A DNA stretch of 63,473 bases, filler included, from Pirum gemmata (taxonomy: Eukaryota), in the NCBI GenBank assembly GCA_002812295.1. It is 18 parts of 18 records of this genome, joined end to end, with 100 filler letters (N's around TTAATTAATTAA, not from the genome) between each part and the next. Parts side by side here need not be neighbours in the genome. Positions count along the whole stretch, not along the records: positions 23,672 to 26,940 come from PDIN01002911.1; positions 27,041 to 30,283 come from PDIN01002912.1; positions 30,384 to 33,692 come from PDIN01002913.1; positions 33,793 to 38,794 come from PDIN01002914.1; 14 more parts are not named here. One strand, written 5' to 3'. Positions 25,570-38,029 of this stretch are shown here, piece after piece (the first letter of the stretch is position 1; the number at the start of each line of letters is the position of its first letter). The notes beneath the pieces were generated by a model. That model did not search any database. It was not told where the DNA came from and saw only the letters and a program-made list of their open reading frames with translations. The position numbers were made by a program, and so were the translations under genes.

Positions 25570-27414
25570 GTCGTTGTGTTTTTTTTTTGAAAAAAGAATA
25601 ATTACTTTACTAACAAAAATGACCAATACATCACTTAGTACGAATTATCTTTTGCGCGTGGATTCATTAATCTCCCCCCTTTTCACCTGTTTTTCTCAGT
25701 GAATATGATTTAGAGTTAAGAGTTTGGGTGGGTTAGGTGTTCTTGTTACCATTAAAGTGGTTTAATATACTTTTAGTAACGTTTCAAGTGCTCTTCTCAA
25801 ATATTCTCTGCATAATATGGTGTTGGCCTTTGTTGGGTTTTTTGTCTAGGCTCCAAAAACGCGACATAGTAATAATACAAACAGAACAGGAACTTACCTG
25901 GTGTCTTAAGATTGGGTTTATTTTTTCCTTATCTGGAGAATGGTATCATGTAGTGTAGGTACTGGTGGTGGAAGTCGGGCATTTTTTTTGTTTCTTTTTT
26001 TTTTCAATTTTTACTTACTAGGAGGTTCACTCCGACCTTACTTCCAACTCCCCTTTAAAATATGTGTATGGTGCATCTTATCGATACACTTGCGCCTCAG
26101 GTAAATGTGTCATGAGATTAGAGTGGTTACATACTCAATTGTTTGGGCTTAGTCTATTTCTGTCTCTAAAGTTTGTTCGCCTATTAATTGATGTACTCTT
26201 ACTGTATTGTTCCTGCTTCTAAACTATCATAATATATATATATAAACGCTTTTAAGACAACTGGTATTCTTATTTATAAATTTTGGTACGATTTTATTCT
26301 TAATTTTTTAGTTAATTAAAATTGGCACTTTTTGACTATTTGTATACTTTTTAGGGTGTATAGTCTTATATTTTGGACGTAATTACTTAAAGTTTTTGTT
26401 AATAATTATTGTTTATTTGTCTATATTTAAGTTAATTTATGAGGTTTTTAAAGACATTTTGATATCTTTTTACGTCTAGTTACTTTAATAAAATTAATAA
26501 AAATTAATATGATAATATTATCATATTATTATCATAATATTTTATTATCATAAAAATAAAAATAAATCTAGTTCAACTAGTTAGAGAGTTCAAAAGAAAC
26601 TTTTTCAAATCACATGTTCAAAGTAGTCACTAATAAAAGTAACAACTCTTTGAAAAAAACCAAAATCACATCTATATTTATAAAGAATACCTGCCAAAAT
26701 CACAACAAGTAGCTAATTAAGTAGCTCATCATAGTTATGGTAACTGCTATCGTGTTTTTCGTACGAAATTATTATTATTATTAAACTATCAGGCATGTTT
26801 TATTTAATTTGGTATTCTATACTTAATGTTGTATTTTATAAACAAGTTCAAATATACACTTAAAAAGTTCCAAATTTAAGATTGATATTTATAAGCTATA
26901 ATACTCTCTCCATAAATAATAATAAATAATAATAAATAATNNNNNNNNNNNNNNNNNNNNNNNNNNNNNNNNNNNNNNNNNNNNTTAATTAATTAANNNN
27001 NNNNNNNNNNNNNNNNNNNNNNNNNNNNNNNNNNNNNNNNTTGGTATATTTTATTATCTATATATTGATTTAAAAATGTCAATTTTAAAGATTATAACCC
27101 TCCAAATAAATATTCGGCGTGACAAAATAAATGAAAGGCACGATATACAATATGTAACAACAACGACGTAGCAACAGCAGTAACCCCTCTACTTCCAAAA
27201 CTACCATCTTTCACTACTATTTTTTAATTAATTAATTAATTAATTCAATTTATTTATTTAATTTATTTATTTATTTATTTATTTATTTTACTACTATTTT
27301 TAATTAATTAATTAATTAATTTTATTTATTATATTATAATATTATATTAACGAAAAGAACGTGAAAAAAAAATAAACCAAAACATTTACTTATAATTATG
27401 TAGTGTACCTTCAG

Positions 27415-27618
27415 GTTCTAGCTAGTAGCAATAGTCTTGCTGAAGTACATGGTTGTCTCCCATCAAGAAAGCCTCGGTCTGGTGATCGTGAACCCTTTGA
27501 TTCCCCGGACAACTGCCCCATAACAACGGTCACCGGAAAATGGCACACTAAACAAGAAGTAGAATTACTAACAAACAAAGAATTCGCGAGGGAATGGACG
27601 TCTCACTTGATACAATTG
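27415..27618 (+). CDS. Probable internal exon upstream of the carrier-protein domain
   Basis: Relatively GC-rich open frame after a TTCAG acceptor (VLASSNSLAEVHGCLPSRK...WTSHLIQL), flanked by MITEs. Its link to the ACP exon is unproven. Confidence 0.45.
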
Positions 27619-28202
27619 GTGATAAAAGTGCTAACCTTTAATAAATAAACAATATATTGTGCTTTTCATTTATTTTGTCATTCTAAATATTTATTTGGTA
27701 GGTTATAACCTTTAAATTGACATTTTTAAATTAATAAATAGGTAATAAAATATACCAAATTAAATTAAACGGATTTTAATTGTACTAATTTGGTACTCTT
27801 TATTGTATATTTTATGCTGACAAAACAACTGAAAAGCAGTAGTACTAGTAGTACTATAATAATTATATAATATTATAAACTATCAATAATATTATTCAAA
27901 TGAACCTATGAGCTCCCATGGGAGTTGACCCCAGGAGTCCCCGGGAGTCCCAAGGTACCTAGCTAGTTAAAATTTCCTTTCAAATATGCTCATAATTGCT
28001 GTTGGTGCTATGAAGATGATGATTATTATAAGTATAAGGATTAAGCCAACACGCACTACCACACACTACCACACACGTACACTAACAAGTTACTACCGCC
28101 CACTCATCACTAGCTACCCACCGGTACCACCTGTCACCCACGACCAGCCACATAGTCATACACATAATTATACACACCTATATATATATTAATAATAACA
28201 AC

Positions 28203-28496
28203 AAAACAATAAAGAAAATTATAAACGTATGGGAAAAAGTATTAAATAAAGAACCAGGTAGTATTACAAAACATAGTGATTTTCAGACAGTACAAGGTGA
28301 TTCCCTATTAGCTATGAAAGTACTTACAGAAATAACTAAGTTTTGTCCTACAGTAACTATGGCAGATTTATTGTTGTGCCATACGTGTGATGATATTGCT
28401 AGTGTTATTGATAATATTACTGCCACCCACATTAACACCCCCACATTACTACCCACCCCACACCCCCACATTACTACCCACCCACCCGCACAGTAG
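28203..28496 (+). CDS. Phosphopantetheine-attachment (ACP/PCP) domain; terminal exon of an NRPS/PKS-like gene
   Basis: The frame of ORF 28314 stays open upstream: IKKIINVWEKVLNKEPGSITKHSDFQTVQGDSLLAMKVLTEITKFCPTVTMADLLLCHTCDDIASVI, matching the W..VL...I....DF...GDSL.A carrier motif. Confidence 0.8.
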   Translation, partial: KTIKKIINVWEKVLNKEPGSITKHSDFQTVQGDSLLAMKVLTEITKFCPTVTMADLLLCHTCDDIASVIDNITATHINTPTLLPTPHPHITTHPPAQ

Positions 28497-28504
28497 AATC
28501 ACAA

Positions 28505-29393
28505 TTAGTTATTTTCATGTAAGCCCTTAATGCCTAAAAGAATAGCTAAACCACAGCCCGAACGCACCACGTGATTAATAAAAACACTATCAGTCAAATC
28601 CCCTGGTTGAAAAGAACAACCACAACGACCATTTCCATTATTTGCATGAATAATGTCAAAAACTGTTTTTGGTAGTGGTAAAGCAATTAACGGTTTAGTT
28701 ACCATTAGCTGACCTAACCTTGCTTGCTCCTCAAATAAATAATAAAATTTGAAAATTGCATTTTGGTAATTTAAGTCATCATCTTTATGTACAAAGGAAC
28801 GAAACCATCTTTTTTCAACTTTTTTAGTCCAAAATTCATGGTTTTCGTTTTTATATTTTTGTTGGTAAAATTGGTAACCTATATCGTACAACAAGTCGTG
28901 TGTACTTTGATAACAAACTTGGTGAGGTTGTGGTTGTGGTTGTGGTGGAAATATACTTTTAATGAAAATAATTTCTTCCGAATCGTGGCCATAAACTGAC
29001 ATTTTAGTAGTACTTTCTGGTAATACGTATTGCTCAAACATTTCCATAGCTTGCTTATAATTTTTATTTACAACCCAAATTTTAACTATCACCCAAAACA
29101 ATTCAGTTTTACTCATTATTCTTTTTGGTATATTACTTAATTGCTGTTCATAGCGTTTCAGTTGCTGCCTTTTTGTTTGCAAGTGTTGTTGTTGTTGTTG
29201 TTGTTGTTCGTTTAGTTCTTGTTCGTTTAGTTCTTGTTCGTTTTCTAGTTCACCCAAAAGTAAAACATAATTATCGTAAATTTTTCTTTGTTTCTCTATA
29301 AATGTAATAACCGAAGGTAGCAAAAACAAATATAGTTCAGTTTCTTCCCATTCTTGTTGTGATATAGTTATATACTGAGGAAGGTCTAGTTGC

Positions 29394-29429
<36 letters not shown>

Positions 29430-29542
29430 GCTTTTTTAGAACGAAATATATTACGCATGCACGTGCACTCGATGGAAGTTGTATCGAATAGTAATATAAT
29501 AACAATAACTGTTACTAAGTATTTAGTTAAGAAGGAAAACAT
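28505..29542 (-). CDS. 345-aa orphan protein with signal peptide/anchor and polyQ tracts
   Basis: Long intronless ORF with a hydrophobic N-terminus and helical composition. Confidence 0.8.
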
Positions 29543-32024
29543 TATTGTTATAAATTTGTTTGGCCGATTTTCTAATAAGCATAATATATATAGAATTATT
29601 TGTTTATTTTATTTTTGCTTTCTGTTGTTTTATTATATTTGTTTTGTTTTTTTATTCTGTTTGCTTAGTTTTTTTTTATTTTGTTTTGTTTAGTTTTTCT
29701 ATTTTTTTTATTTTTGTTACATTTAGGTTTTTTTTCAGTTAGATAAACGGTTTTGCAAAGTTTTTGTATAATATTATGAGGGTTTTATTATAGTGCTTTT
29801 CATTTGTTTTGTCATCATAAAATATACAATAAATAGTACCAAATTAATACATTTAAGATTATAACCCTCCAAATAAATATTCAGAGTGAAAAAATTAATG
29901 AAAAGCACGATATCATATACATAAATGGCTAGACATAAATGGCGATATTGGCCATGTGCTCATATCCAAAAAATCTCAAAAGCATCCAATGTTAATGAAA
30001 GTATTACCAAATTTCGAGAAATCGTGTAACTAAGAAAACTCTATTATGAACCAATGGCTAGTTTTTAAGAATAATTTGGCTAGTTTTTTTTAAAATATTA
30101 ACGGTTTTTAGAGAAAAGAATTCGAAGTCTAAAAAAAAATGATATTTCTAGGGTCTACAAAAGTCCTGCTTTCCTTATACGTATATAAAAAGGAGGAGCA
30201 GTAGAATAACAATACTAATATAATATTGTTATTAATTGTTATTGTTATTGTTATTGTTATTGTTATTGTTATTGTTATTGTTANNNNNNNNNNNNNNNNN
30301 NNNNNNNNNNNNNNNNNNNNNNNNNNNTTAATTAATTAANNNNNNNNNNNNNNNNNNNNNNNNNNNNNNNNNNNNNNNNNNNNAACAAAACCAAAAAAAA
30401 AAAAAAGGAAAAAAAAAATACATGAAAAAAAATACATTTCCTTGATGGTCTCCCTGGATTGACCGATTCAGGGCCGATGAGATAAAAATTAAAAAAAAAA
30501 AAAAAATATTTATAATTTACATCATAATTATTCGGGCTACGTATCGAATCAAACCTGTTCGAAGTTCAAAAAAATATATTAAATTGTAAGTTCGAAAAAA
30601 TATTGAAAAATAACATATTGAAAATGACGAGCTGCATAATAATATTATTATGTTCTCTGCTCGACACTAAAAGTAATTTCTAAAGGAAAAAAAATAACAC
30701 CCTGAGGTCTAAATGATTAGTATTCACAATTCAGCCGCAAATTGAAAATGCGCTTCTCGAAATTACGAGCAATGATTTTGGTATCAGTCGAAACTAGCTA
30801 GAGACTCAAATTGCAAGAGTACTCCAAGCCCTCTGTATAAAAAATCACAGTACGATAAAAAATCATTAATAAAAATTCGCGCCTCAATATCGTGTTAGTC
30901 AACAAAATAGACTAGTTCAAAAACTGGAATAAACGTACCAAATTATTATTATGGTTAAACTATTGGGCATGTTTTAGTTAATTTGGTATGTTATAATTAA
31001 TGTTTTATTTTATAAAAAAGTTCAATTATACACTAAAACAGTACCAAGTTAAAATTCAGAGGATAGCGTAATGAAATAGACGATAGACTAGTCTGTACCA
31101 AGAACCCCACGAACTGGGGCTACGAACTGGGGTTCCTGCTCTCTGCTATCGATAGCTAGCTAGCTAGTTCGGGGGTTCTTGTTGAATATGCTTAAAAAAA
31201 CTAAAACTAATTAATGTAAGAAAACTTGAATATTTTCGAGTTTTCGAGTTTTTTGTCTTTCAAATCTCAGACACCTTTCGAACCGACGTTCGATCGGCTA
31301 CCATAATTACTCTTTGATTGATTAGTATTTTTTTTTTTTTTTTTTTTTGAACGAACGAACATTATGGTCTTGAAATAAAAAAAAAATCGCGAAATAGAAT
31401 CACCAATTAATTATTGGGTACTAATTATATTTTCATTGATACCTCGAACATTTTTAATAGCTAGCAAGCTGGATAAACCATAGGGATAAACCCAGGGGAT
31501 AAAAGTGGGATAAACCAGTATAAACCCTGTATAAACCTCTAAAACTGTAGACTAAAAATCTTTTTTTTTTTCAACTTCTTTGCTAAAAACCTTTTTAATG
31601 CTAACTAGCCAAATTATTATTAAAAACTGGCCATTGGTTCATAATAGAGTTAGTTTTCTTATGATAGTTGTAAAGGTGTCGAGGGTGTCGCTCTGCTATC
31701 AATAGCTAGTCTAGTAGCTCTAGCTAGTAGCTCTGTCTACTTTCATTTTTTCCTCTTGTCATTTTTTTTATCACAAGATTTTGATTTTTGAGCTTGCAAA
31801 TGACGCGATTATAAAAAAAAATTAATAGTCTAGTGATGTAATAAAATAATTATTTGGCTAGGTTCTTGAAAAAACATTTTTTTTTATCATTATTATGATA
31901 ATATTATCATATTATTTGTGAACAAGTGTATATAAACTCTAGTAGCTAGTATCGGTATCATATCATATCATATCGATAGTAGCTAGCTAGCTCTACTAAA
32001 GACAGGTCTATGTGATTATATAAA

Positions 32025-32505
32025 TGTGATATTCAACCTTTACAATCTTTGACTAATCTTCAAAGCCTCATGTGTGTAGTTTTCAACCTTTACAAACTTT
32101 GATAAAATTTAATCTGAAAAGTGGTAATTTATATAATTGTCAAAAGGCTGGTGATTTGGAACATTTACAGTTCTTAACTAATCTTCAAATTCTTACTATT
32201 GATGAGAACTTTTAACAATCTTCAATCTTTACAATTTTTAATTATAACTAAACTTTAAACACTAAAATTAAGTTTGCGAAAGAAAACCAATCTTCAACCA
32301 TCACAGCTTTTGACTAATCTTTTAAAGACTTAACTATTGGAACCCAAACCATATATTATTAATAAAAGACTGAAAATTTAACTGATATTGAACCATTGCA
32401 ATATTAATTATTAACTAATCTTAAGCTTCAAACACTTAGTTTTCCAAATTGTAAAAATTTGAACGGTAACGATGTAAAAGTAATTCATCATCATCATGAT
32501 ACTTA
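32025..32505 (+). pseudogene. Leucine-rich-repeat pseudogene
   Basis: CDIQPLQSLTNLQSL, GDLEHLQFLTNLQIL, NLQPSQLLTNL, TDIEPLQY*LLTNL, with stops and frameshifts. Confidence 0.7.
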
Positions 32506-32516
32506 ATTATTAAAAT

Positions 32517-33370
32517 TTTGAATTTTGAGAAGAATTAATTAATGTTTCTCCAATATTTTGTAAATTTATTTTAAAACGTAACATAAGATTCTCAAGATTT
32601 GTAAGTAATTTTTCATGAGGATTGGCGTGGTTAACGGACACCTAAGTGTTAAACTCATCAAGCTTTCCAATTGTTGAATTTCTGGTGGTAAATTAAAGCT
32701 TGCAATTTTTCATGAAATATCAAAAAAGTAAGTTTAAATTTGGTTTTTATACAGCCGTAATTCGGTAAGTTGATTTAATTAATTAATAAAAAAAATGATG
32801 TCATGATCAAATGAATTAATTTTCATTTTCAACTAATATGCACTTAGTTATATTAGCGTTCGGCTTTATTGCTAATTTTTCATATATGTTGGTCGCGATC
32901 GATTTCTTGAACTTCATTTATAACAATTTTCCTATCCCACCACCCCCAAAAGAAACGGATACAATAAAACAATTATTAATTAAAACCTTCTTTTTTTGAA
33001 TTTTGAATTTTGGATTAATTGAACGTTAACGCGTACGTTCTTGTACAAATTTTAAGTGTTTTATACAAAAAATGAAATCAAAATCAAATTTAAATTTCTA
33101 TTCAAAATTTATTAATAATATATCTGGAAAGATCAATATTAATATCAAATTTAAAATTTGCTTTTATTTTAAAAAATGATTTTATTAATTAAAGATTAAT
33201 TATTTATCATGACAATCGGAAAGCTCTTCAGGGCTTTCATGTATTAATAATTTCAAGTGGAATAACCGTTGAATGAATTGCATGTGATTGAAGAACAAAT
33301 TTAATTTATATTAATAGATTTACTTTTATTAAAAAATGAAAATAAAAAAAATACTAAATTAAAATCAACC
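32517..33370 (-). pseudogene. Second LRR pseudogene, possibly F-box-LRR
   Basis: Minus frames NQLTELRLYKNQI*, NLPPEIQQLESLMSLTLRC, LTNLENLML. Weak F-box-like LVFFLFSFF...SITCNSF at the 5' end. Confidence 0.5.
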
Positions 33371-34448
33371 AATATTAATATGTACACATGTGTTTTTATG
33401 TGAAATTTATTTGTAAAATTACAATAAAAATAAAAAACGTGCAACCACATATTGGGCCCACATATTGAATGGCTATATTAATATTAATCAGCGTCAGTTT
33501 TCGGAGTAAAAAAAGGACATGTATGAATAGTATGATTTGTATAGACAGAATCATATATATTAGTAATATTAATAATAAAATGATTATAATATTAATTAAT
33601 TAATATATATTAATATATAGGTGTAGGTCTCAATATATTAATTACTTAAGCTTCTACTATATACTACGTATACAATAATAATGATGATAATTNNNNNNNN
33701 NNNNNNNNNNNNNNNNNNNNNNNNNNNNNNNNNNNNTTAATTAATTAANNNNNNNNNNNNNNNNNNNNNNNNNNNNNNNNNNNNNNNNNNNNTACACTGG
33801 CCTATTAACACAAACACTATATAACACCCGTTATATACACAAACACTAAGTATACTAATGACAACACAAAACTTATACTTATACACAAACATTAAATATA
33901 CTATTGACAACACAAAACTTATATTTAAACTCACTAAGCATACTAATGACAACACAAAACTTATACTTAGACCAACATGAATAGACTTTTTACATTTCTT
34001 TTTTAAAAACTTAAATTACATGATTTTTCATTCAAACCTTCCCTGTATTTATACTTTTTAACAAACAACTATTACTATCATAAAACAATTATCCAAAACA
34101 TTAACAATACTAATATATACTTAAACCCGATATATCAATACAAAACATTAACAATACTAATATATACTTAAACCCGATATATCAATACAAAACAGCTTAT
34201 TATAACCAAATAAGACTCATATCACAATCCACGATCATGATCACATACTACCATATTACCAAACATGGTCTCAACAAAAACATTATAACCAAATGCGGTC
34301 TTCAACAAAAACTCGTCATTGGTTTAATCAGCCTAACAGCTCAGAACGGAAGTCCACGACCAATGTAATTAAAGAATACATTCTGAATCTCCCCTTATTC
34401 TTTAATTACATGCCAACGCCATAAAACACTCCCCTGAACCCATATTAC

Positions 34449-35195
34449 TTAAAGAACTTTTGCTCTACAGAAGTACGCCCTTTCCTCCTTTTGTGAGGCA
34501 AACTCTCCTCCATTTTTGCACTTGCATTTATCTGGCCATTTCTTACAATTTTTACAGCTCCAATAATCAGCGGCTTGGTGTCCCTTGCGACCGCAATTAT
34601 GACAATTTCCCTTAGCTAATAATACCTTTTCTGTATCTCTCCCAGTCCCATTCTTTCGACTAATGAAATCTCTAATTTTCGACACAGCATCCCTGTAAGA
34701 TATCGATTCATCGTTTTCAATTAAAGTAATAATTGAGTCAAATACTTGATCGTTCACAGAGATACACAACAGCGCAATCAGGTCTTCATCCGATATTTTT
34801 GTTCCTCCTGCCAATACATACTTGCTACATAACAAATTAACTTTGTTGATGTGATCATCGAATTCCCTTACTGCGTCTTCACATTTAATTTCGTACAGTT
34901 CCTTCTTAATCTGGATCCTCGTTGATCTGGTCGTTCGCTCGTACTTTTCCAAAAGTGCCTTGAAACCCTCTCTGGCGTCCAAATTCAATACAATATTCAT
35001 CGTATTCCTGTTCATCGATAACTTAAGTAGTCTTAATGCTTTTGCTTTAGCTTCACTGCTAACTGCTTGGTACTCTGAGTCGTCCCCATTGAATACCTTC
35101 TCACATCCTTTTTCTTCAGCCATAGCTAAGAATTGCTCTTTCCAAAATGTGAAGTTTTCCTCGTCCATGGCCACGCCATACTTAGAAAAACCCAT
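34449..35195 (-). CDS. gag: Copia-type Gag protein, 248 aa
   Basis: ENFTFWKEQF N-terminal motif, UBN2/gag_2-like core (ALLEKYE...HINKVNLL...ISDEDLIALL), zinc knuckle CHNCGRKGHQAADY. Confidence 0.85.
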   Translation of the reverse strand: MGFSKYGVAMDEENFTFWKEQFLAMAEEKGCEKVFNGDDSEYQAVSSEAKAKALRLLKLSMNRNTMNIVLNLDAREGFKALLEKYERTTRSTRIQIKKELYEIKCEDAVREFDDHINKVNLLCSKYVLAGGTKISDEDLIALLCISVNDQVFDSIITLIENDESISYRDAVSKIRDFISRKNGTGRDTEKVLLAKGNCHNCGRKGHQAADYWSCKNCKKWPDKCKCKNGGEFASQKEERAYFCRAKVL

Positions 35196-35249
35196 ATTGA
35201 TTGAAGAATAAATAAATAAAATAACTAAACTAACTCTAACTTAACAGCT

Positions 35250-35264
35250 CGTGGTGCTGATAAC
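35250..35264 (-). promoter_or_regulatory. Primer-binding site complementary to the anticodon arm of tRNA-Ile
   Basis: Minus strand GTTATCAGCACCACG. Plus strand CGTGGTGCTGATAAC matches eukaryotic tRNA-Ile CGTGGTGCT(A/I)ATAAC. It lies between the 5' LTR and gag. Confidence 0.75.
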
Positions 35265-37388
35265 GAATCGGTTTTAAAAACAAAATAACTAAAAATATAT
35301 AGACAAAACTTTTTATTAACAATAAAACTAGTGACTATACAAACTAACTAGGACTTACACTGGCCTATTAACACAAACACTATATAACACCCGTTATATA
35401 CACAAACACTAAGTATACTAATGACAACACAAAACTTATACTTATACACAAACATTAAATATACTATTGACAACACAAAACTTATATTTAAACTCACTAA
35501 GCATACTAATGACAACACAAAACTTNCTTTGGTATAAGCTAGTAATTTGATTGTCATTCGGGTTTTTAACCTGTTGTACTTTTCATAACATAATATCATA
35601 ATATTTATATAGGCTTTGATTAGCAATTGTATTGTTCTATTGTTGTAGAAATATTGGGTTTAAATTAACCTTTTCTCCTAATAGTATAGTTTTAATTAAT
35701 TAACGTTAAAACATAGTCGTTGTTATGGATATTATTGGAGTTGTCGTCTATATTAGGATTTATACTTTCAGTAATACAATTGATATCGATAGTATTTAAT
35801 TTGATACCTACTACACGGTGACACCCCTCCAATATTCATTTTCCGCCTGTGGCTGCGGCTTACTATTTATAGTAAAATAACTATTTAAAGTAATTAAAGT
35901 TACTATACTAAGTCTGTTCCAAAAAAAGAAATTATTTTACTATTTATGTTTTACAATTTACTTAATTAGGAAGCCGTAAATGGTTGCTGTGGAATTAGTG
36001 CCAATTTTTAAGGGGTCATTAAACACTCATTAAACCGTCATTTACTTATAGGACTCTTATAGGCGTCACCCCTCCTAGCTAATAGTAAAGCTATTACTAT
36101 CGATCGCTAAAGCCTACTACTAAAGCCTACTATCATACACCTAGCTAGTAGCTAGCTACTATTTATTGTTTATTTTATGAATGAAAAGCACTATAGTAGT
36201 ATAGTCTAGTAGCTAGCTAGGTCTATCGTATTATCGATGTATGATAGACTATAGACCCCTCTAGTAGTAGCTAGGACCCCTCTAGTAGTGCTTTTCAGTT
36301 GTTTTGTCATCATAAATATACAATAAATAGTACCAAATTAATACAAAATAAATCCATTTAATTTAATTTGGTATATTTTATTATCTATGTATTGATTTAA
36401 AAATATCAATTTAAAGATTATAACCTTCCAAATAAATATTCAGAGTGACGGGGCAAATGAAAAGCACGATAGTCTACTATCTATAGAACACCAACAACAT
36501 CGACAGCTGTAGTTAGTACATTGATGCAAAATAATTAAATCTTTATTTTAATATTAATTTTATTATTTACAAGGATTTAATATATGATTTATAACTATTA
36601 TAATTATATATATAGCCTAGCTCAAATAATACGTCACGTCAAGGGGGAGGTAGGTAGGCAGTATTTGACCAGAAATTAACGTCGAGGGGTAGGTAGGTAG
36701 GGGTATTTGAAGCTGTATTTGACGGGAAATTGGCGTTATGTAGTATTTGAACGCTCCCTAGCTAGTTCTATTATTATTGTTACTTTAGTGCGCCTTTTAA
36801 TTAATAGCGTGTTTTTAAAGTGTTTTTAATTACAAGTAGTCTTTAGGGGTTTTTTTTAATCTATCATAATTAAATTCTAGTCTCTTTAATTAATATATTA
36901 AAATTAGTCTAATATATACATCATATACATCATGCATATAAACTATACATAATCACATAATACTCACATATAATGACATATTATGATAAAATCCTAGTCA
37001 CATTTTTTCAATTGAGTCTTGACAGTCTTGTCTTGACAGTACTAGCTAGGGACAGTGTAGGTACGCAGCCGTAGACCAGCTGAGCCGTACTGGAGGAGTA
37101 CTGGAGGCCAGCCAAATATCCTGTACTGATATGATATCCCTAGCTAGTATGATATCCCGAATTCCCGATATCCTTTCGAGTCTCGACTCTCGACTGATAT
37201 TGTGATAATAGTCTTGATATGGTTCTTGATAATAATAGAGTCTATGATCTATCCTGATGATCTATAGGGGGGTCTACTTGATCTATCCTGTTTCGAAAAA
37301 AAAAAATGAAACCGCAAAACCACATTGGAATGTTTGAACAGATAGTCTACAAAGATTTTAAAAAAAAGAATAGAACGGGGTGTTATAA

Positions 37389-37672
37389 GGGAGCGTTCAA
37401 TAATTACGTAACGCTGGGGGGTAGGTAGGGGGGGGTCGGATTTTTGGGACAGGCCGTGACGCAGTAGGGGGGTAGGTTTTCGTAATATGACATAACGCAA
37501 AAAAAAAAAAATAACATGAGGGAGTTATGAGGGGTAATTTAGGGTACTATTTTTCCAAATCGTTACGTCATAAGGGGTAGGTAGTCCTTCTCAAAATTGA
37601 CAGCCCATTACACGGGGGTAGTAGGGTAGGTTTTTGTCCCAAATCGGCGTTACGTAATTATTGAACGCTCCC
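37389..37672. mobile_element. Intact PIF/Harbinger (Tourist-like) MITE, family E, 284 bp
   Basis: Perfect 26-bp TIRs GGGAGCGTTCAATAATTACGTAACGC and TAA target-site duplication at 37386-37388 and 37673-37675. Confidence 0.92.
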
Positions 37673-38029
37673 TAAGTGTGTTATAGCTGGTGTTATGGGG
37701 TGAAATAAACTTACCTTATTATTATTATGGTTAAACTATTAGACATGTTTTAATTAATTGGTATTTTATATTTAATATTTCATTTTATAAACAAGTTCAA
37801 TTATACACTTAAACAGTACCAAATTAAAGATTGGCAACTGTAATAAATCAACTAAATGAACCAAATCAAATAAAGGAAATCAACCAATCAACTACCGTCA
37901 CCATATCACCATTGTCATCACCATTACCATCATTACCATCTCCAATATCATCACCATCACCATCACCATCACCATCACCATCACCATCACCATCACCATC
38001 ATCGTTAGTAATATCAGTAAAATAACATA

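Larger units (their letters stand above)
33793..35525 (-). mobile_element. Non-autonomous gag-only Ty1/copia LTR retrotransposon (TR-GAG-like)
   Basis: Direct repeats 33793-33962 and 35356-35525 appear identical (both cut by assembly). PBS at 35250-35264, candidate PPT AGGGAAGG at 34037-34044, one gag ORF, internal region ~1.2 kb with no room for pol. Confidence 0.85.

Noticed and set aside
25890..25905. ACTTACCTGG resembling the U1 snRNA 5' end
   Set aside because: No U1 body follows; it is the complement of a consensus splice donor.
34200..34440. Hammerhead ribozyme (retrozyme) or protease remnant in the LTR element interior
   Set aside because: No CTGANGA...GAAA core in a suitable arrangement and no convincing D(S/T)G protease motif.
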